The notes beneath the pieces are model-generated. The model did no database searches, was not told the DNA's origin, and was given only the letters and a program-made list of their open reading frames with translations. Of a stretch of 64,000 nt of DNA, positions 57,690-64,000 are shown in pieces; positions within the stretch are counted from its first letter, which is position 1; every line of letters starts with the position of its first letter. Made by a program: the position numbers and the translations under genes. Location of the stretch: contig JBMDWN010000024.1 of the NCBI GenBank assembly GCA_048595275.1, positions 1,125 to 65,124 of the forward strand, written 5' to 3'. The stretch is from Olivibacter sp. GTDB lineage: Bacteria > Bacteroidota > Bacteroidia > Sphingobacteriales > Sphingobacteriaceae.

Positions 57690-58820
57690 ATGCCGGATTC
57701 GACCATTGCGATCATACAACCGAACAAAAATGCCTATTCGGAAACGTTTATCAAAAACCATATCACCTACCTGAAAGGGCGTAAAATTATTCTATATGGC
57801 GGGAGCTTTCCGCTTTACCAGGAACAAGACCGCTTACTAATCCGTTCGCCCATCGATTTCTTCTCGTAACTGGTTAAAAAACGGTTGTTAAAGCGCCGGG
57901 ACATCCCTGTTCGGAACCGGGCGCTGCAGAAGACATTAAAAAAACACGGTGTACAGCTCGTATTAGCGGAATACGGCATGGTTGGTGCTTCCGTCAGAAA
58001 GGCCTGTGAAGAAATTCATGTTCCGCTCATCATTCATTTCCATGGCATGGACGCGCATCGCTACCAACTCTTGCAGGAGTATGAACAGGAATACCTGCAG
58101 GCCTTCCGCTACGCTGCGGCTCTTGTCGCAGTGTCCCAAACCATGCAAAAACAGCTGATCCGTTTAGGAGCTCCGACGGAAAAAGTACACCTGATTCCCT
58201 ACGGAATAGATCTTGCCTATTTTCAGCCACCTGCATTTCCCACCACCGGGTTGCATATCGTTTCCATAGGCCGCATGGTGGAGAAGAAAGCGCCGCTGAA
58301 CACCATACGTGCTTTTGCCATTATGGCCAGAAAATTTCCTGACGCGCGCCTTTCTATGGTTGGAAATGGTCCCCTTCTTGACGACGCAAAACGTCTGGCA
58401 GAGAAACTGGGACTGAGCGAGCGCATAGACTTTCCGGGCGTTTTAAATAAAGATCAGGTGCGGGATTTACTCTGCACCGCCTTTGCGTATGTACAACATT
58501 CTGTTCGTGCCGAAGACGGAGATATGGAGGGCACTCCCAACACCATTTTGGAAGCCGCAGCCATGGCCCTGCCCATTGTAAGTACACGGCACGCAGGGAT
58601 ACAAGAAGCCGTACTGGAAGATAAAACCGGTTTATTGGTATCGGAGCATGCCATCGACGAAATGGGTAAATCGCTCATCTTTTTAGCCGAGAACCGTTCG
58701 CGTGCACATCAGATGGGGCTTGAGGGCCGAAAGCATGTCGAAAAGAACTACGAACTGCACACCCAGCTCGAAAAACTGGACGCGCTCATTTCCGTTCACA
58801 AAAAGTCCTTTTCCGAATGA
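57690..58820 (+). pseudogene. WcaL-like family 4 glycosyltransferase interrupted by one in-frame TAA (57867-57869)
   Basis: The ATG at 57690 gives MPDSTIAIIQPNKNAYSETFIKNHITYLKGRKIILYGGSFPLYQEQDRLLIRSPIDFFS followed by a stop. The same frame continues LVKKRLLKRRDIPV... into ORF 57885..58820, whose ORF-track start is a TTG. That ORF carries the GT-B EX7E region (EGTPNTILEAAAMALPIVST). The two pieces together give about 375 aa, a normal GT4 size. Confidence 0.75.
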
Positions 58821-60301
58821 GCTTCATCCAGAGACAGGGATTTTTCAACAGCATTTCGCTCTATTTAGGCACTGCTATCGGTTTTCTGAACCTGATGATC
58901 GTTTTCCAACGTACGCTTACGCTCGAGGAAATCGGCTTTTACAATATACTTGTCGCCATAACGATTCTTTATACCCAGTTCGCCAGCCTGGGCATCAGCA
59001 ATGTCATTACCCGGTACTTACCACAATTCAGAACCCGGGACCATAGACATCATGGCTTCGCCCGTTACATCTTTTTGACCTGTTCCGCAACGTTCATTTT
59101 ATTCTCAGCAAGCTTTTTTCTTTTTAAGGACGAAGTCATTTCATTCCGTTCAGACGATGCGGGCGCTTCGTTAATGGATCAGTTCTATCCGTATTTCCTA
59201 CCAATCGCCATCTGTTCCACCTTTTATCTTATACAGGAATCCTTTGCGCGCACAGCTTTTAAAACCATCATCCCCTCTTTCCTGCGGGAAGTCGTCCTCC
59301 GTCTTTTTAGCACACTTGGAGCCGGACTGATCTTTCTGGATCTTGTTGGTTACAGGGGCTTCATCAACCTTTATCTGATCGGCCACATCAGCATCACCCT
59401 ACTGATCAGCTTTTACGTCTTCCGCTCAAAGATTTACAATCTGGCCCCTATTGAAGAGCCGGTACGAAAAGAAGTGGTTCACATGCTTCGTTTTGGTTTT
59501 TACTCCATGTTGGGCGGCAGCTCTTTTGCTCTTTTGCAAAATATAGATCTGATTGTTCTGAAAATTCTCAGTGGCGAGGCGCTGGTGGGTATTTACAGCA
59601 CCTTCTTCGCCATGGCACAAGTTATCACGCTTTCGTCCCGGGCGCTTAACATTACTTCTTATCAGATTATTGCCAACGCATGGAAAGAGCAAAACCTTGA
59701 AACCATTCATAAGATCTATAAAAAGACAACCATCGTTCAGTGCTTTGCCGGTGCATTGCTGTTAATCGGTCTTATATGCAACCGCGACAATCTGCTCGTG
59801 CTGCTGAAAAAGCCGGAATACCCCGCGTATTTCAATGTCCTAGTCGTCGTCGGCATTGCTTTCCTGGTCGATGCTACCGGGGGTATTAACCAGGCCATCA
59901 TCGGTTTTTCCAAACATTATCGGCTCGTAATGGTATTCCTGTGTATAGCGGCCGTTGTATGCGGTTTGCTGAATATTGCTTTGATACCCGAGTTTGGCCT
60001 TCTGGGCGCGGCCTATAGTTACCTGTTGACGATGTTATTGACAAATTTCAGCTTTTGGTTGTTCTTAAGGATCCGCTACCGGATGCAACCCTTCTCCTGG
60101 AAGGTAATGTGGATTATCTTTATTTGCTTTATTTGCCTTGCCGTAAACCGCCTCGTTCCGACTATGCCGCACTTTTTAATTGACATCCCGGTACGATCGT
60201 TGCTGATCGGAGCCCTATTCACTACCTTATGCTACCTGCTGCATGTTTCGGAGGATATTAACCGCGTGATTGATCAATATGTCCTCAGAAAAGCCCGCTG
60301 A
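58817..60301 (+). CDS. Oligosaccharide flippase-family (MOP/Wzx-like) membrane protein
   Basis: 494 aa, about 12-14 TM helices. ATGA overlap with the GT4 stop codon. Confidence 0.8.
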   Translation: MSFIQRQGFFNSISLYLGTAIGFLNLMIVFQRTLTLEEIGFYNILVAITILYTQFASLGISNVITRYLPQFRTRDHRHHGFARYIFLTCSATFILFSASFFLFKDEVISFRSDDAGASLMDQFYPYFLPIAICSTFYLIQESFARTAFKTIIPSFLREVVLRLFSTLGAGLIFLDLVGYRGFINLYLIGHISITLLISFYVFRSKIYNLAPIEEPVRKEVVHMLRFGFYSMLGGSSFALLQNIDLIVLKILSGEALVGIYSTFFAMAQVITLSSRALNITSYQIIANAWKEQNLETIHKIYKKTTIVQCFAGALLLIGLICNRDNLLVLLKKPEYPAYFNVLVVVGIAFLVDATGGINQAIIGFSKHYRLVMVFLCIAAVVCGLLNIALIPEFGLLGAAYSYLLTMLLTNFSFWLFLRIRYRMQPFSWKVMWIIFICFICLAVNRLVPTMPHFLIDIPVRSLLIGALFTTLCYLLHVSEDINRVIDQYVLRKAR

Positions 60302-60302
60302 T

Positions 60303-61229
60303 ATGCAAAAGTTCGCTCCGATAGCTTTATTCGTGTACAACCGCGCTGAACACACCCGCCGGACGATAGAGCACCTGCGTCAGAATACGCTGGCCGCTGA
60401 TTCCCGTCTATATATTTTCTCCGATGCGGCAAAGGAGAGTGCTGACGAACAGGCTGTCGAGGAAGTACGGGAACTTATCCACGAAGCGACCGGGTTCCGC
60501 TCCGTTAAAGTGATTAACCGAAAGGAACACATGGGTCTGGCAAAATCGCTAATATCCGGCATTTCTAACCTCGTGCAGGACTATGGTAAAGTCATCGTTT
60601 TCGAAGATGATCTGCTGAGCTCACCGCATTGCCTGACCTATTTCAACCAGGCGCTGGAGCGCTATGCATTGGAAGAGCGCGTTATGCAAATTGCTGCCTA
60701 TATGTTCCCTGCTAAAGATGCTCATCAGCTACCCGAGACGTTCTTCATCCGATCAGTCAGCAGTTGGGGTTGGGCCACCTGGAAACGGGCCTGGCAGCAT
60801 TTCGAAAGCGACGCCGAAAGCCTTTACCAACAATTCGATCATCAGAAAATCCAACGCTTCACCTTTGGCTCGACCATGAACTACTGGCAGCAACTGCTTG
60901 ATTTCCGAACAGGGAAAAACGATTCCTGGGCGATCCGCTGGCATGCGTCCGTATTTCTTAACAATGGTCTGGTCCTTCAACCTTCCCGTTCCCTGATCGA
61001 AAACATCGGGCATGACGGATCCGGTGTCCACTCCATCATTGAAGACACGTATCAGGTTCATTTACACCGGCAGCCAATTACCGTTTTCCCCGATGAGATT
61101 GAAGAGAATGAACAGGCGGCAGAAGTGATTCAGCAATTCTACAAAAACCGAAAAGGCTCTATCCTGAAACGAATAAGAAAATTTCTAGTCAATAAATGGT
61201 TCCGATGGAAGAATCTGTACAAGTCCTGA
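60303..61229 (+). CDS. GT-A-fold glycosyltransferase (GNT-I/GT2-like; subfamily uncertain)
   Basis: APIALFVYNRAEHTRRTIEHLRQN ... IVFEDDLLSSP (DxD-like). I prefer the ATG at 60303, 2 nt after the flippase stop; the ORF-track start at 60270 is TTG. Confidence 0.65.
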   Translation: MQKFAPIALFVYNRAEHTRRTIEHLRQNTLAADSRLYIFSDAAKESADEQAVEEVRELIHEATGFRSVKVINRKEHMGLAKSLISGISNLVQDYGKVIVFEDDLLSSPHCLTYFNQALERYALEERVMQIAAYMFPAKDAHQLPETFFIRSVSSWGWATWKRAWQHFESDAESLYQQFDHQKIQRFTFGSTMNYWQQLLDFRTGKNDSWAIRWHASVFLNNGLVLQPSRSLIENIGHDGSGVHSIIEDTYQVHLHRQPITVFPDEIEENEQAAEVIQQFYKNRKGSILKRIRKFLVNKWFRWKNLYKS

Positions 61230-61933
61230 ACCAGGCAGCCGTTGTGATACCGGTGTATAAAGAACTGGCAGAGGCATCAGAAAAGCGATCTTTCTGGCAA
61301 TGCTCGGAAGTTTTGAAGGATTATCCGATCGTCCTGGTTGTACCCGAATCCATGAATACCAGCTACTACGAGGCGCTGATCGACCATCCTGTATTCATTG
61401 AACGTTTCCCGGATGTTTATTTCCAGGACGTGATTTCCTACAGCAAGTTATTGCTGAGCCGTCTTTTTTACGAACGATTTTTGCTGTATGAATATATCCT
61501 CCTGTATCAGCTAGACGCCTGGGTATTCCGGGATGAACTACAATTTTGGGCGGGGAAAGGTTACGATTACATCGGTGCTCCCTGGCTGGATGCACCGCCT
61601 ATGGAAAATAAGAAGCGACCATTGGTCAATCTTTCCAAACGTTTAGTGAATAAAGTCGGCAACGGCGGACTATCGCTACGGCGCGTCAGTAGTCATATTC
61701 GCTGGGCTCCGTGGGCATCATTTGTGTTCCGCTGGCTTCCGAAAAACGAAGACCTCATCTGGACCCTGTTTGTACCTTTCTACAAACCGACCGTCGCCGA
61801 AGCACTGCGTTTCGCGTTTGAAAGGCTTCCGCAAAAGAGTTACGAACGAACGAGCCACCACCTTCCCTTCGGTTGTCACGCCTGGCAAAAATATCAACCG
61901 GATTTCTGGAAAGCTTTTATAGATCACTCGTAA
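61196..61933 (+). CDS. DUF5672-like protein (putative glycosyltransferase-like, uncharacterised)
   Basis: AAVVIPVYKE ... LLYQLDAWVF ... YDYIGAPW. I recall this pattern from DUF5672. An alternative ATG is at 61205. The gene overlaps the upstream gene by 25-34 nt. Confidence 0.6.
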   Translation: MVPMEESVQVLNQAAVVIPVYKELAEASEKRSFWQCSEVLKDYPIVLVVPESMNTSYYEALIDHPVFIERFPDVYFQDVISYSKLLLSRLFYERFLLYEYILLYQLDAWVFRDELQFWAGKGYDYIGAPWLDAPPMENKKRPLVNLSKRLVNKVGNGGLSLRRVSSHIRWAPWASFVFRWLPKNEDLIWTLFVPFYKPTVAEALRFAFERLPQKSYERTSHHLPFGCHAWQKYQPDFWKAFIDHS

Positions 61934-61934
61934 A

Positions 61935-62714
61935 ATGAATATACAGCAGGATCAAGAACATGGCACGCCTTTATTAAGCGTCATAACCGTTTGCTACAAC
62001 GCCGGCCAGCTGATTATACCGACAGTGGAAAGCGTCATCAATCAAACCTGGTTCAACCGGATCGAGTACCTGGTTATCGACGGAGCCTCTTCGGACAATA
62101 CCTTGAATTTGCTTGAGCCTTATATAAAGAGCATTGATCAGCTCCTTTCCGAACCGGATAAGGGAATATACGACGCTATGAATAAGGGCTTGAACCTTGC
62201 AAAAGGCGAGTACGTACTGTTCATGAACGCAGGTGATTGTTTTTACGCGGATGACACCGTGGAAAAGGTCTTCCTGTCGGAACAAGGGGCAGACATTTAT
62301 TACGGAGAAACGGAAATGATCAATGCCGGAGGGGAAAGCCTTGGCCGCAGGCGACATAAGGCACCGGAGAAATTCTCTTGGAAAAGCTTTCGCTTTGGGA
62401 TGAGCATCAGTCACCAGGCTATCTACATCCGAAGAGCACTAACCAATCCTTATAACCTGGACTTTAAGCTCAGTGCGGACATCGACTGGATCTTGCAAGC
62501 GGCAAAAAAAGCTGAAACCATTGTCAACACCCATCGATATGTAGCCCGCTATCTGGTGGGGGGGATGTCTAAACAACGACACCGCCAAAGCCTGACGGAG
62601 CGATTTCAAATCTTTAATCACTATTACGGGTTAATCCCCAACGTTCTGGCTCATGTGGTCATCGGCTCGCGTTTGTTCTTTTATTTCATACGCCATCGCC
62701 GCACGAACGATTAA
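61935..62714 (+). CDS. Family 2 glycosyltransferase (WcaE-like)
   Basis: LLSVITVCYNAGQLIIPTVESVINQT..IEYLVIDGASSDNT...EPDKGIYDAMNKG...FMNAGD. Confidence 0.88.
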   Translation: MNIQQDQEHGTPLLSVITVCYNAGQLIIPTVESVINQTWFNRIEYLVIDGASSDNTLNLLEPYIKSIDQLLSEPDKGIYDAMNKGLNLAKGEYVLFMNAGDCFYADDTVEKVFLSEQGADIYYGETEMINAGGESLGRRRHKAPEKFSWKSFRFGMSISHQAIYIRRALTNPYNLDFKLSADIDWILQAAKKAETIVNTHRYVARYLVGGMSKQRHRQSLTERFQIFNHYYGLIPNVLAHVVIGSRLFFYFIRHRRTND

Positions 62715-64000
62715 ACCGATCCGTTGCGACGCTCCCGCCAGATCGCGAAGGCAAGCCCCAGCACCAGAACGATAGATGCGATCAACGAAATATTCTCCCC
62801 GCCATAATAAGATGCGGGCTCAAATTTAAACTCAACTTTGTGATTGCCTCCGGGTAACTGAGCGGCACGGAGTACGTAATTCGCCCGTAAAATAGGCACT
62901 TCCGCTCCATCCACGAAAGCCTTCCAGCCTTTGCTATACCAAATTTCGGAGAAAACACCCATCACATCATTCGGCGCACTGTATTCGTAAACCAGGTGGT
63001 CCGGACGGTAACTTGTTAATTGAATCGATGCATTTGTAGCGCTACCCAGCCGTTTCTCGTCAACCTGCCCGCGGAAATCCTCGTGAACGTATGCCTCCTT
63101 CTTCGGGTCGAAGCTGTTCAGCGCATCCATCTCTTCCTGGTTGGTCTTAACGAACGTCACCCGATCCACAAGCCAGGCATTGCCGGCAGCGCTATTCCGG
63201 CGTTGTATGTTCTGCGACTGATCGCTTTTGGAGGTAATCAGATACCGCGTATTCAACATATCGAGCACATCTTCGTTGACCGCCTTTGAAAACTGATGCT
63301 CAATCAGCTCATTATAGCGCATGAGCTTCGCAGCATGGTAGCCCCCGATATTCTTAAAAAAGTAGGAGGGCGTTGCGTTATTAAAGGGGTTCGTTGTCAG
63401 GTCCAGAACACGGAAGTTCGGATCTTTATCCATCAGGATCAGGTTGTCGACTTCCCTCGGTTGAAATACCTGTCTCATCTGTGTATCTTCAACAAAAGAA
63501 TCTTTATTCAGGTAGCGACGATCTACACTCCACAAATCGACTAAAACCAGTAATCCGATCGCGATGATCGCGCTCGGCGCTTTAAGGCTCCCTTTGAAGA
63601 ACAACCAGGCAACCCCTCCGCTCAACAAAATGAAGATCAGGGAGCGAAATGCATCCGTACGCGCCAGGGATACCCGGTCTGCCACTAGCGCGTTAGCCAG
63701 CTTACTTCCCAGGCCGTTATCGCCCAGCATTTGAGACAATCCCTTTATCAGATCCTGGTGATCCGTCCGCTGGAAGCTGAAAAACAGATCAGGGAGTAAC
63801 CATACGATTAGCGAAATACCACCGAGAATACCCGTTGTGTACAACACTTTTTTATCGAGTTTTTGAATAGACGAACCCTTCGTAACCAGCTCGTTAATTC
63901 CCAGAATAGCTAAAATCGGAACAAGAAACGAAGCAATAACCAGGTTCGACTCCACCGCCCTGAAGTTGTTGTACATCGGAAAATAGTCAAAGAAGAGATC
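62711..64000 (-). CDS. YfhO-family (GT-C-like) membrane protein, C-terminal part (5' end runs off the window)
   Basis: The frame stays open upstream of the listed Met to position 64000 (..DLFFDYFPMYNNFRAV..). It has several TM helices, a large extracytoplasmic domain and a terminal TM helix (ISLIASIVLVLGLAFAIW). Its stop codon shares the tetranucleotide TTAA (62711-62714) with the convergent GT2 stop. Confidence 0.7.
   Translation of the reverse strand, partial: DLFFDYFPMYNNFRAVESNLVIASFLVPILAILGINELVTKGSSIQKLDKKVLYTTGILGGISLIVWLLPDLFFSFQRTDHQDLIKGLSQMLGDNGLGSKLANALVADRVSLARTDAFRSLIFILLSGGVAWLFFKGSLKAPSAIIAIGLLVLVDLWSVDRRYLNKDSFVEDTQMRQVFQPREVDNLILMDKDPNFRVLDLTTNPFNNATPSYFFKNIGGYHAAKLMRYNELIEHQFSKAVNEDVLDMLNTRYLITSKSDQSQNIQRRNSAAGNAWLVDRVTFVKTNQEEMDALNSFDPKKEAYVHEDFRGQVDEKRLGSATNASIQLTSYRPDHLVYEYSAPNDVMGVFSEIWYSKGWKAFVDGAEVPILRANYVLRAAQLPGGNHKVEFKFEPASYYGGENISLIASIVLVLGLAFAIWRERRNGSV

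Noticed and set aside
61974-62414. 146-aa ORF antisense to the last GT2. Similar cases are 35430..35828 in nuoG, 41581..41970 in the TPR gene and 29932..30300 in nuoM.
   Set aside because: These are opposite-strand or alternative-frame ORFs inside genes with strong family motifs. This is the typical by-product of six-frame translation.
1-64000. I looked for tRNA, rRNA, tmRNA, riboswitches, IS elements, integrases, toxin-antitoxin pairs and restriction or defence genes.
   Set aside because: No intergenic region contains GC-rich cloverleaf-like or otherwise structured sequence. No ORF shows transposase, integrase, nuclease or methylase-restriction motifs. The window reads as core chromosome plus two glycan loci.

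Overview
This is a dense chromosomal window of about 60 protein genes, most likely from a Bacteroidota genome. The evidence for that assignment is a SusC/SusD pair, an exbB-exbD-exbD-tonB operon, a 14-gene nuo operon with a short NuoG, and TAnnTTTG-type -7 boxes. A Sphingobacteriia- or Cytophagia-like lineage is only a guess. I recognised no rRNA, tRNA, CRISPR array, transposase, integrase or prophage.

Layout:
- (1) 1-13.7 kb: a Wzx/Wzy-type polysaccharide locus on the minus strand (wzx, GT4, EpsG-type polymerase, GT-B, GT2, O-acetyltransferase, GT2, Wza-like exporter, Wzz-like protein truncated by the window edge). Two divergent genes sit beside it, an outer-membrane barrel gene and a WecA/MraY-type initiating transferase.
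- (2) 13.8-15.1 kb: an orphan 297-aa hypothetical gene and a repeat-rich 370-bp spacer that ends in a 56-nt perfect palindromic terminator.
- (3) 15.1-19.8 kb: a SusD/SusC pair with no adjacent enzymes or regulator, plus a possible FecR-like 59-aa remnant upstream.
- (4) 20.4-24.3 kb: an MsbA-like ABC exporter, an aminotransferase and prephenate dehydrogenase.
- (5) 24.3-46.6 kb: a 22-kb minus-strand run of rsmE, a CNNM/CorC-type protein, ppa, a DedA protein, nuoN to nuoA, and then a Ton operon extended by a small membrane protein, an orphan PstS-fold lipoprotein and a TPR protein.
- (6) 47.1-48.4 kb: a SUI1/YciH homologue and a lipid kinase.
- (7) 48.5-56.1 kb: a TolC-like protein, an adaptor and a CzcA/CusA-type RND pump, followed by an OmpR-type response regulator and a histidine kinase.
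- (8) 56.2-64 kb: a second glycan cluster with two SAM methyltransferases, a GT4 interrupted by an in-frame TAA, a flippase, a GT-A-like transferase, a DUF5672-like protein, a GT2 and a convergent YfhO-type membrane protein truncated by the window edge.

I do not see a convincing new multi-gene system of the defence-island type. The best leads are modest:
- The uncharacterised accessory genes welded to the Ton operon.
- The nonsense-interrupted GT4 in glycan cluster 2.
- The 11-bp-phased direct repeats upstream of the orphan hypothetical gene.
- An 11-bp inverted repeat bracketing the promoter segment between the divergent polysaccharide operons.

All functional calls rest on motifs I read in the translations and on remembered family features. 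No database search was run.
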